From Balanoglossus misakiensis (Eukaryota > Animalia > Hemichordata), in the NCBI GenBank assembly GCA_040954595.2, contig CM082585.2, positions 4,985,808 through 5,049,807 of the forward strand: a stretch of DNA of 64,000 bases, in the 5' to 3' direction. Both the position numbers and the translations under genes were made by a program. Shown here piece by piece: positions 22,895 to 35,030 of this stretch (positions are counted from its first letter, which is position 1; each line of letters begins with the position of its first letter). The notes below the pieces were generated by a model. It searched no databases and had not been told where the DNA came from. It saw nothing but the letters and a program-made list of their open reading frames with translations.

Positions 22895-25800
22895 GCTGAC
22901 CGAGCTTCTGATAAGGACTGGTCAACGGAGGATGATTCGTGAGGCTTAAAAGCGGTAGTGACGTCAGACGTCATGCCGGAATGTCTGTTGTATCGCCCCT
23001 CCGTATAAGAGAAGAGAGGGACACGCACGCACACAAACAGACAGGATAGATATATAGACGGGTGCGTGGGTGGGTGTCTATTGGATTGGTAGTTGATAGT
23101 GTAGCTGGATAGTTGGGTATATGCACATAAAGATAGACGATCACACAGACAAACAAATTTCCAGACTTGATTCATTGATTCTCAGTACACAAGATGGTCA
23201 TCAAAACGAATATCTTGTTATGTCGATAAAAGTACTCACGGCAGGAATTAAAGGCAATTGCATTTGGCTCAGTGAGGTTTTTGTTTATATTAAAAGCTCC
23301 AGCTTTCATGAACGGCAGCAGGTAACGTAAAAACAGTTTGTAATTTGTTAATGTACTCTTTTGTTTCGATGTGGTATTAACTTACAAAATGCACGAAACG
23401 TCAACTCTTGAAGTTAGATTTTTAATGGCATCACACAAAACAATTATTTTTTGCCTAATAACGTATCCGATTTCCAATTTGACTATGGCAACCACGTCAC
23501 ATTAAAATTCAGCCTTAAGAAATAAATGCTTTGAGGGGGGTTCCACGTTGCCTTCGATGAGAAATGGAAGACAATTGGGAATGTCGTGTCGCGACAAACA
23601 ACAATTGCAGCGAAAATTAGCCAAAAGTCCAGCGCGTTACACACGCACATCTTTTAACTATGTTTACAGTATTTTCGGTTTATGTATCTACTGCAGTTTC
23701 TTATACAAATTCCTGAAACATGATGAAAAACAACAACATTTCATCACTACATTTATGTGTATAGACAGCTTTGTTCTTGTGCAAAGTCCTGACTAGAATT
23801 TCCGCTTGTATGATATGAGAGTAAAAATTCGCCCAAAATGAATAAATGGTCGAGACCGATTATTCATTTTGGCGAGTTTTTTCACTCTTGTGTCTAAAAG
23901 TGAGATGGAAGTTGTGTGTGGTCGAACGTTGATTCACTTTATATCCACGTGCACATTGACATAAACGGTGTCTTGTATCAAACATAATAAATGGAAAAAA
24001 GAGCAGCGAGAGAGAGAGAGACTTTGTCCCTTTAAAATTATGATTGGGGATTGTAAAAATAGCATTGATGTTTCGTTTAAAATCTGCGACACGGCTTTGT
24101 CGACAAAGGTTCAGATTGTTTTGTTAAAACGACCGGGACGATAACAATTTCTAGACCCGTCCCTTTAGGAAACAAAAAAAACTACCTAACACTCACACTT
24201 ACGGTACTGCAGATATTAGTGACAGAAGAATATCACTCATAGAAAGATTTCACATATGTCATAGTCGCGAATAAATACATATGTTGTCACAAACCTCACA
24301 AGCTATTCTAAGTAATTGTGACGCACTCAGTTTCAAGAAAGGCCCGTGGCAGCTTCTTTTCATGCGAAAGCGATGACGACTATTAGGAAAACCACTGGAG
24401 GCAATAAATGCGGAGTTAGAGAGCTTGCATGCAATGGAAATGTTCAAATCAGCACTTGGACTGAAGCAAGCATCCAAAGCCGCGACAGGAATCAGAAACA
24501 CGTCTCTTCAAGTTGCCGTGGTTTTTTTCTAAGCACCATCTGCCAACTCCCCCCCCCCCCCAAAAAAAAAAAAAAAACATCCTCCACCCACTCCAAGAAA
24601 TCAAATGGTTCTTCCCTAAAATCGCCAACTGTTGTCACCGAAGCAGAAATAAGAAGACATGGCAGAGGTGAACTTCTTGTGAAGTCACCAACATGTCCAC
24701 TGGTGGTTGGAACAGGCTTTTTGTTCCATAACACTTGTACTGTGTATGCTCGCCTAATGGGACAGCACGCCACAAGTCGCGAATTCATCAATACAAACAT
24801 AAAATGCGAGAAAACTATGCAATTATACGGCTATCAATCTCATTCAAACGTTTAATTCCTTACAGTTTCGACATTTCGTGTCACCAAATAATAGAAAGGC
24901 GAACGAACAAATCTATGATTACTTTCACACACGTCCGTACTATCAGAACATTGTTTAGACTTCAATGATTTCCACTTTCCATAAGAGTTGTATGTATACC
25001 CAATACATAATTATACAAAAAGCATACATACGTTCCTATTACTAACGCATTATGCAAGTGCCGACATTTCGTGGCCGCGTTGTCCAATGTCGGCTCGCAC
25101 ACAACTTATTTTATTGAGATGAAAAAAAAACACTACCGGTCATGGTTATAGCTGTAGCTTGTTGTAACTGTACAGCAGAACATCTAATCACGTGGCCGTC
25201 TTAATGAGAATATGACACCGAGTAGAGTTGGGCTGTTGAAGATTACATTGAATGTTCCTTACTCAGCCAAGGACGAAACTTGTGATGAATTGTACCTGTT
25301 CATCACTACAAAGAGTTGATGTCGAAAGTGACGTGTCGCGGGTTATTCATTAAAAGGAAGTGTTGGGCTCGTAATTCAACCCAGAGATCATTAATTTAGC
25401 ACCAAAGGCTCTGTTGGACACTGGAGAGGGTTATGAAGTGTGTTTGTGATCGGATAATTTATGGAAAGATATGTTATATGCATATATTGCGTGAGACGTT
25501 AAACTGAGCTCTTAACTGATTCTGTCGAGCTGCCAATTTTGCATCATTTTCGTGATTTTTCTTTCAAGCTTAGCTAACTGATGGGTATACACAACATACA
25601 AACGCTTTATCATCGTCTTATTGCGGTTGTACGTTCGACCGTGAACAAATAAGTGCCGTACCCGATTGTTCAGCCTCTCGTACACAGACATCGATCTACT
25701 ATCGCACGTGTTATGCACACGTGCGTATTAGAATAGTACTGACCGATTCAAAGGGGTGTCAACGTTTTTTTTATTTATTTAATAAAGGGGGGGGGGGGGT

Positions 25801-26313
25801 GTCAATGTCATCCGTCGGTTGAAGATAGCGAAGATTGAAGGTTGAAGATTGAAGTACTTTATCGTCTGATCGTGCTAAAAGTGGCAGCTAATATGACTTC
25901 CAAAGTTATTAACAGAAAGTTCTGGAGAGAAATTTTGGGGTATTCCTGGAAATCGCCATCTGCACCATGTTTTTCTTATGAATTGCCAACATCAATTTTA
26001 TAGTTCGTTTACTTTGTGGATTGCATGGAACGTTTTAAAAATTGCCATCCTATCTTACCTTTAACTTTTTTTGACAGATTATACATATAATCTGAGTAAT
26101 ATTGAAAAACAAACTGAGATACGTGTAACACTGCTGTCTAGAATTAGAAACTAAAAATGTGTATAATAAGCGCTGTTTGTTTTTAGTTTGAAGAGAGATT
26201 CATGTCACTAAGACAGGTGGAAGGCCTAGACTAACATTTGCAAAATCGCGTATACGTCATTTGCGATTGAGCAGATAGGATGCTGTAACGCGATGCTCGG
26301 TATTATGATGTTA

Positions 26314-29300
26314 TAGTCCGGCCGCCAGAGGGGTAAACCTTGTTTTGGCGTCTAAAGTTTTTTTTAAAGCGGATTCTGCTTGTATAGATCACCAAAGTGA
26401 AAAAAATTGTTACTGGAGCTCTGTCAGCATTGAGCAATTTGAATAAATTAGCATAATCAAAATGGCCGCCAACGTATTGCATTTTGGCTGAGAAAGAAGA
26501 GTCAAACGAACGTTATACACCCTGTAGCTTTGTTTTTATCATTTATTTCACCAAGTTGTTGCTTAAGACAAACTAGAAAATAAATGTTGCCATTTATAAT
26601 GAGCTAATTTGCATAATTTCAAGATGGTGGCCATCTGTGAACCTCTGTTTTTGTTGAATAACTTTTACATATGTATTTTGCTACGTGCAGTCATTTTAAA
26701 ACATTTCTTATCACTGTTTTATAATTCTGGCCACCTTAAATAGTTTTTCACTTTGTGCTAGAGGGTAAAATCCCATAATAATTGCATTATGGGTAAAAAG
26801 TAGACAATTCACTAGAGTAATAGATAGAAGACATTATATGTTTAATGTATTTCATGACTTCCTTTGGTCAAACATTTCTGCTTTGAAGTTGACATATTAA
26901 AGTCAATCAACTTTTTTTACATTTAAAAATTTTTTTAGTTACAAAGTATCGGAATGACCGAATATCACTTTAGCTTATGAACTCCCATTTCTTAAACATG
27001 GCAAAAACTCGGCCATCTTGGAATTGTGTCGACCAGATGAGACTTTTATTACTCACCTGGGTAGCAAAAATCTATTTAAAGTCGGGAGAATTGCAAGTAC
27101 ATAAATCTTCTTTCGCAAAATTAATGTTGATTATCACACATTTATCATGAGCAGCCAGGTAATCCTTCGCCCTTTCTCAAAGGCAACATAATGCCGTCAT
27201 ATCCAGTCCAATAATCATTATCATACGAGGTAAAATTACCAGCTCCAAGAAATAATTGATAATGGCAGTTGCTATATTTTATCGCCTTGAACTACTTGAA
27301 GTGGCCGTACCAGGTGTCCCGAATTGGACAACGTATCATGCGAGAATGTTACCCCAGTCAAGATTGACCAAAAGGAACAAACTAAAGTGTAATTTACCAA
27401 AATGCCAAATTATTATTGTGAGTCAAATCCAGAAATACTGTCACTTGCCATTTGAGTGACTGATGAGTCATATTTGGAATTACAAAGTCTCTTTAGATAC
27501 CACTGAATTTCGTAAATTATTCTGCGAAAGTCAGAGAATGTCTGCCTCAATTTCGTTTTAAAGGTAATAAGCTGTGTCTAATTTTAAATTCCTCATATTA
27601 GTTGCAAACTTTACCGCATCTCGGGAGTTTTGTTTATTCATCACAAAACTTGGCAAACAATGACTCTTGAAAAACATACATACACATTGTGAAAACATTT
27701 CGAACATTTAAAAAGGGCAAGGATACACATGGAACATCAATCAACTCATATCGTTTAAAAGCTGAATGTTTGTGCCTGTTCAACCTGCAAGCTGAAACCT
27801 TTAAAAATGAACGAGGAGGAAGTTAAACTATGGTGATAAATCATGGATGTTGAAGGATCGATTGTGCAAGCTTTGCGAAATACCTGTTGATTATAAAAAA
27901 AACATTGCTAATTTCTAACAGGAGTGCAGATTATTTTGGAACTGTCTTGTCTTTTCCAGCATTTTTTACTTTTAAGGACAGATAGGCAGCAGCCAACTGA
28001 AGGAAAATGTTAGAACGCTTTAAATGAATGAATTTCCCTTTCTTATCTAAACGATGCCAATTTCCTTTAAAAATACAAACACTGCTCTTTCTCACTACAA
28101 AATACGTGTTGGCATCCCATTTTAATGTATTATCAAAAATGGAGCCAAGGTATGTGTGAGTCGGGACAATTTCTACTTGATTTTTATAAAGGTCTTCTTG
28201 CGCATTCCTTCAGGTTTCTCAAGTTGTTTCTATAAATGAATTTAAAATAAGAAGCTTAACATCTTCCACACCAGTTCTTTTCGAAAACGCACATCAAAGG
28301 GATAGATCGGAAGACTTTACAGTTTTATCTAGTGTTTTCAGGATAAAAGTGTGAACAGAGATTTGAAGGTTGAAAGATCTCGTTCAGCTGATCAGTACAT
28401 TATTTCGAGGCGAATCACAAATGCGATCTGGGGACCAGTGTTTGTATTTAATTTCAGTGGTTATAGGGTTATAGCTGGTTATGACTACCCGTAGGTCACA
28501 TATAGTAGGATAGTTCACAATTATGAAATCGACGACTTATCTAAGGTGTTACTGGAACATTTACAAGCAATAGTTTTACATCATATTTCGTAGAGATTAC
28601 ATAAACTTGGCTCCATATGGATGTATAGAAAGGTAACAGGAAGTTCAGCATTCTTATTATTTCAACATCGGTGTATTTACATTTGGCATCATTGTTGAAA
28701 AATATAGCCTGAGTTGTGTTTAATGACAATATGCTCATGCCTACGACTGCCACCAAAGAAAGCCTGTTTCATCAGTAATGTTAGTCTCTGTTGTAATGGG
28801 ACAGTTTCCTTCCCATGGTGTTTATATAGGAATAGGAGGCTGTAGGTGTGTCCTGAATCATAAGAATGTTGCTAACTTTATTCATTATATCCTTGTCTAA
28901 AATTTGGCCAATGTTTATTTTGTAAACAAATCTTAAAATCCCGGAAAAAACTCATGTTGACTAATGAGACATTCTGCTCGAACATTTTTAATAGGTGTAT
29001 CTTTATCCGAGATACAGATAAAGGATATGTATACGGGTCTTTCAGGATTGCATACACTCATTTGGAAACACACAAATATGATCAGAACAATGTCTAGTAC
29101 ATTTTAATGTACATTTCAATGTAGTTTATTGTAGTTTAGAGAATACGTTATAATCTGCGTTTATACAGTTCAACTTATAAAAAACAGTTAAGCTTTAAAT
29201 AATCTCTGATCTACACTGTACTTCTAATTAGGTGTAATAAATGATATTGCCTGATAGTATATCAAGAAAACACTTATTTATGAATTTATGATAAAATGGC

Positions 29301-30054
29301 CAAAAATGAAAGGAATATCAGTATAGTGAAACATTTCCGCAAGTTTTGTGCCATGAAAAATAAAAAATCTAATGTCTCAGTGGAGTACATTTACTTCCAT
29401 GTGTTCTACTGGATGAGATCATGCTTTGTTTATGAAGTTCTAAAGTGAGAAATGCAATGTTTTCATTGTATTTTTCATTTTACTACAGTGACGGCCATAT
29501 TCCTTTGCGGCAAAGATTAACATTCATCTGGTTAAAACGTGTATGTAACTCATGTTTAGGGTTTACAATACTTGTATATACGTCATGGAGCGTTAACTTA
29601 TGCAAATTAGTATTTAAATATACTCAATTATGACAACTAACCTGTTTTCGCACTATAAAGGTGATTTCTATATCTCTTACATTGATAATTGAAATCATTT
29701 GGCGGCCATTTTTTATGCTAATTATCTCAAATTGCTCAACACTGACGGAGCTCCAGTAACCATTTCTTTCACTCTGGTGATCTATGCAAGCAGAATCCGC
29801 TTTAAAATCTCTGATGACACTAATACAAGGTTCGTCACAAACAGCGGACTTGGCAGCCGGCCTATATATTGATAATTTGAAATCATTTGGCGGCCATTTT
29901 TTTATGCTAATTATCTCAAATTGCTCAACACTGACGGAGCTCCAGTAACCATTTCTTTCACTCTGGTGATCTATGCAAGCAGAATCCGCTTTAAAAAAAA
30001 CTTTAGACGCCAAAACAAGGTTCGGCAAAAAAAGTGGATTTGGCGGCCGGACTA
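26314..30054. mobile_element. 3,741-bp non-autonomous TIR DNA transposon, copy 2, inverted relative to copy 1
   Basis: Begins TAGTCCGGCCGCCAGAGGGG at 26314 and ends TGGCGGCCGGACTA at 30054; internal ORFs mirror copy 1 with a constant coordinate sum of 37542 and identical translations. Confidence 0.9.
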
Positions 30055-30469
30055 TTTTCCCAGCTGTTAGCATGAGGTTTATTATAAAACACCTATAGCC
30101 TGGCCTATATTCGGGCCATAGCAGCCGTTTTTACCCCCTCGTGACTGTGAGTTACCAGAATCATATGCTATTTGCATCGGCCTGCGGCCTCGGGAAATAG
30201 CATATGATTCTGGTAACTCACAGCCCCTCGGGTGTAATAAACGGCCGCTATGGCCCTCATGGCCAGGCAATACGTGTTCAATACAGATACATGTATTGAT
30301 ATGTAGTTGTTCCGGTTTTAGGGGGGGGCCAGTCGAAATTTCTGTGTTGGAAGGGGGGGGGTTCTCAAAATCTGCATGCTTGGCAGGGGGGGTTTCTCAA
30401 AATTTTGGAGTTTCTAGTGTAATTCCTCCGACCCCCCCCCCCCCCAGGCCGTAAATAATGACGGCTCCC
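30055..30469. mobile_element. Right part of the split nested IR/hairpin element and of the Harbinger-type MITE
   Basis: TTAGCATGAGGTTTATTATAAAA (30067-30089) is a 22/23 inverted match to 7255-7277; hairpin at 30088-30278; TIR ATTCCTCCGACCCC...CAGGCCGTAAATAATGACGGCTCCC ends at 30469, followed by TAA. Confidence 0.75.
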
Positions 30470-32871
30470 TAAGTTTATCGTCGAGTTTGCAATTTTGAAC
30501 TCGAGATTATGAAACTGTTGAGGGAATCATTGATTATTTCTAGTTTGGCTTCAAAGTCGATTCGCTTTTAGCCATTTTCAGTTAGAAAAGGGCCACTATC
30601 TGTAACTTCAGACTGGTTTTTCACTAGAGTATTTATTTTTTGTGTATCAAACACATTTTCTTGCTCCCCTCCCTATAGTAACCCATCACGCCCAGCTCTC
30701 TGGTTGTCAATAAGTCATGTGTTTGTGTACCGACCTTTGTTATTGTTTACAAATGCTTTTAAGTCCGGACTTGAATACAATTTTCAAATAATAACAAAGC
30801 CGATTGGGCATTCACACGCTATGTTGAGAAGATAAGCATTATGCATTTAACTCTGCCCTGAGCAGCCGAACAAGAAACTATGGTTGATACATAAAAATGG
30901 AAATACATGTACTGAAAAAATGCCAAAAGTTACAGCTAATAAAGCTTTACCTATTTCCAAATGAAAAGTGACAGACTTCAACTCAACGTTTTCAAACACC
31001 GTTTCAGACTGACCAATTGTTGATGATCGCCACATATGCTAATTGCGTTCACCCAAATTCAGTAGCAGGACCACATAACCATAAGCGAAAAGGGCCAATC
31101 CCTAATTGCTTTTCTCTTTGATGTTTGCGCATGTGCGATAAGAACAAACGCCAACGTTACACAAAAAATTCAGTGCATGGGATTATGATTATTCATCTTG
31201 ATTGTTATCATTTCCTCGCCATGGTCTCTTGCATTGAGAGATTGTATTTGGAAGCGCCAGTATGGACCAATCAGCTAAGCGAATCATGCTAGTTTTCGTT
31301 TAGTACTTGACATTAGTAAGAGAGGATGGTAGCCTTCATCCAATCAATGTATTGAATTAGAACCACGTTTCGCAAACGATGATTGGTCAGTAGTTCAACC
31401 AAGTGCCTATTACAATTGAATGATAGAGGGCGCGCGTGCCCAAACACCAAAGCGAATAGCGACCATAGGGATTATAGCCTTTTCGCTTATGACATTTTCC
31501 TGCTGCTGAAGAGACACTTATTATTTATTATTCTGCGGCTGAACATTTATGTCACCTCCGCTCGACGCAACTGGTTACGCTGAAACGGTGTCTACACGTA
31601 TTGGCCTTGAATTTGGTTGAGAATTGTGTTAATTTTATTGAGAAATAAAGAGATTCGTGCTGAATTTCGCTTTTCCCGTCGGATGAGGCTATATCCGCCG
31701 AGCCGGAAACGGCTAAAGGAAGTCTTTTGGCATGCCGTGCGATATGTGAAGCATCAGACCACTTATATAAAGGGTTGGACGCAACTAATAGCGTATGTTT
31801 TACTGGACGAACTTCCCTTTTCTGTCAAATTTATATGATAGCTGATTTAAATATTTAATTGTTTGACCTATGAATTTGAAAAAAAAATGGTTAAAATCGA
31901 TTTTCCTCTCAAGATAAACGAACTGTTTCGAAGATTTAGTCCTAAGCTAGAGTTAAGCTATGTTTCTATTAATGAAAACTCCGTGTTTCATCTCATAGAG
32001 ATTTCTCTTTCGTTTTCTTTTTACAACAGATATCTGCCGCAACAACATTCACCGAAGACAAATTCCTGATCGATGAAATTACATTTGTCAACGGCCCATG
32101 TAACTGATCCGTGGGTGTAATAACTCGTGCAAGACTGCGTTGTAGAGTATGAACGTGTAACATATCATAATTCAGATTAATGAGCGAAAGGACTTTGGAC
32201 TATCTGGCTCTTCAATATTACTTAACCGATGGTGTGGGTCATTGCTGAGAAGCATACAAGATGAAACTTAATGTCTTCATACATATTGTTTACTGAGAAT
32301 GGATATTTTTTATATAAAAAATCGGCGCGCACTCGTCTTTTACCCATACATTGATAATTGCTAGAAAACATACTTCTACTATTGTCATTTTCACGAAATT
32401 TTACACATAGCTCAGTCAAGTAAAAATAAATTCATTGGTCAAATAAAATTGTATGGTCACTGCGCTCTATTTAGAGATAAATTTCGTTAAATATTTTCCC
32501 CATAGACAAACCATTGGTGAAAAATGCTGAGTCAGCAGATTTCTTCTATTATCGACTAAAATCATGGCTCTGTATTTCAAAAACAAGCGCGGTGACCCCT
32601 ATATTTTATTACGGATTTTCATTATGTATACAAATGATAAGCCAAAAATTCACAATTAAAAGTAATGACAATACTTTCAATTTTACTGAACGTACATCCT
32701 TAAAGGGACACGAGCTGTAACTTTTGACTTTAATTCCAGTATTCATGTCAGTGTATCAAATGCACTGTCTTGCTCCAAGTACTCCAAACAGCACCATGCT
32801 AACATACCCAGTATATACCCCACTTGTCAACATAGCCTGTACGTGTAACGACCATTTTTATTGTTGACTAA

Positions 32872-33939
32872 GGGAGCATTCGTTTTTTACAGGGAGGGGG
32901 GGGGGCGGTGGAATTTGAGTCGCCGACTAAATGTAAAAGGCAACCCCCCCTGGAAATTACTTTTCTAAAATGTGACCCCCCCCCCAAAGAAAAAAAAGTT
33001 TATCCACCGGATTAAACTTATCAAACTTTGTCAGATATTGGTGTATGTTCGACATACCACATAATCAACCATGAAACCTAGTTCCTTGATTTCCAAGTAG
33101 TGCATTGTCTGCCTGATCTTGTTACGTGAAAGAGTTCATTTTCAATGTCGCCGCTATCACTTTCTGAGTCACTTTCCGCTGAATCACCTAGTTCACCTAT
33201 CACTACATGTTCATCTTCTGGTTCACTGTCCTCGTCCAAGTCATCCTCTTCATCCTCCTGCTCATCCTCCTCTTTGTCCCTCTCATGGTTTACTCTGAGA
33301 CTTTCCAGAGTTGTCTGACACAGTTTCCGGCCAATGTGCGCTTCAACTATTTTCAGTTTGTCTTTTTTCAGCATCTTTTTCTCTGTTGTCAATTTATGTC
33401 TGTTCATTTACATGTCTACTGAACATTGTTTTTATTTTTTAAGTATTTGTATTCTGTGTTGGGAGACATTGTAAACCGAGAATTGAAGGGGGTGGGTTTG
33501 GGAGGGGGTGTCCCCCTCCCACGTAAGAAAATTTTATAAAATACAGAGCTCAAAGCTGCATTTTAATGAACCCAGCAAAAGCAAATTAACGTCGCCGCTC
33601 AAAGTTATCACGGGGTGGGGGCAAGTCCCCTGACCTGGGACACTAGATAAACCAGTCAATGATTGAAAGGTGTTGATGAATGGAGGGGGTGGGTGTGGGA
33701 GGGGGTGTCCCCCTCCCACATTAGAAAATTTTGTAAAATAAAGGACGCGAAACTGCATTTTTGTGGACTCAAAATAAATATTTAGCCGTCAAAGTTTTCA
33801 AGTCCCCCCCTTTCAGTCCCTATATAATAATCCCTTGATTATAAAATTTGTCCCCCCCTAAAAACTGCTTTGTAAAAGTAAACCCCCCCCCCCCTGATTT
33901 CCACCGGCCCCCCCCTCCCTGTAAAAAACGAATGCTCCC
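32872..33939. mobile_element. PIF/Harbinger (or Zator)-type non-autonomous element, TAA TSD, carrying an acidic ORF fragment
   Basis: TAA-GGGAGCATTCGTTTTTTACAGGGAGGGGG ... CCCCCTCCCTGTAAAAAACGAATGCTCCC-TAA; flanks match an uninterrupted repeat copy at ~30700-30800. Confidence 0.85.
33078..33407 (-). pseudogene. 109-aa acidic ORF fragment, probably the C-terminus of a TE-derived or captured gene
   Basis: Protein-like composition (D/E/S-rich tract then VTRSGRQCTTW); lies wholly within the MITE; no recognisable domain. Confidence 0.4.
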
Positions 33940-34150
33940 TAATGAATTCTAGTCCGGACTTGAATACACATTTTTTCGTGATAGCAATGCTGACTATATG
34001 ATTGCCCCTTGTTGCTTCTGGTTCTACTAACACACAGCGAAACATTCCTTCTGGAACTTCCTCGCAAAGAGAAATTCTAGTCACCGTATATTTAAATAAT
34101 AACACATGATAGCGAGGGCAATATCACGATTTGAAGCCTGCACGAGGGAT

Positions 34151-34227
34151 GGTGATCTCTGACCACAATATTGATGATGCCCGAGCCGCAGGCGAGGGTA
34201 TCATCAATATTGTGGTCAGAGATCACC
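34151..34227. repeat. Hairpin core of a palindromic element
   Basis: GGTGATCTCTGACCACAATATTGATGAT / ATCATCAATATTGTGGTCAGAGATCACC around CCCGAGCCGCAGGCGAGGG. Confidence 0.7.
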
Positions 34228-35030
34228 GGTTAGCGCCATTTCAATGCGCCACCATTCACCGTGACCACTGCCCTACCACACTGCTTAATACGGTAACTTT
34301 AACGAGACCACAAAGACATTTGTATACGGTGGATTCTATACCGGTCATAAACAGGCCAGCAGCTACGTCTCATGTCATTGTCGATGAAACTGGCTGCCAA
34401 AGTCGTTTGTGTTCAGAGGATACGCATTCAAGATTAGAGTTGGGGTAATTGTGAAAATATGTCACTCATTATAATATTTCATTAAATATGCAAATAAGCA
34501 GATAACTGACATAGTGCCCTCATATCCTCGTGTCCACAAATCGTTTCACTTGAAGTAATTCTGTGTATTAATTCTGTTGATAATGCATTTTGACATCTGA
34601 ATATCTGACTACAGGAATGGACAAAGTGATGTATAATTAATGTCTGCTACTTTGATTTATTCGGACCAACATTTGCAAACAAACTGATCCATTTATTTTG
34701 GAAAAGTACATATATTGCAAACGGTGCCTAATATCTCATCCCATGCCTCGCTGTTTGTTTAAAAAATCATTACATCGGAGTGAAACATTCTTATCTCAAT
34801 ATGACAATGAAATGTCTTTGAGTACATGTGAACATATAATTACGGTGTATAAAATAAATACTGTCAGAATCAAGGAGTAAATAATTCTTGTCTTTTTAGG
34901 GACATATAGTCATTATGAAGCTTTCCTACATCACACCTTGGGCGCAAGAGAATATTCCGGACCCTAAGAGTTTGTCCGGTCACCAAGTGTTTCTGGCGTA
35001 GGTAGGCACAGGCTGATCCAAGGATGAGAC

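Noticed and set aside
21804-22925. Overlapping 209-, 191- and 163-aa ORFs
   Set aside because: Shadow frames of the GC-rich GPCR coding sequence; the same applies to 35302..35790.
24346-24855. 169-aa ORF
   Set aside because: Runs through C/A homopolymers, has no recognisable motif or exon partners; likely chance.
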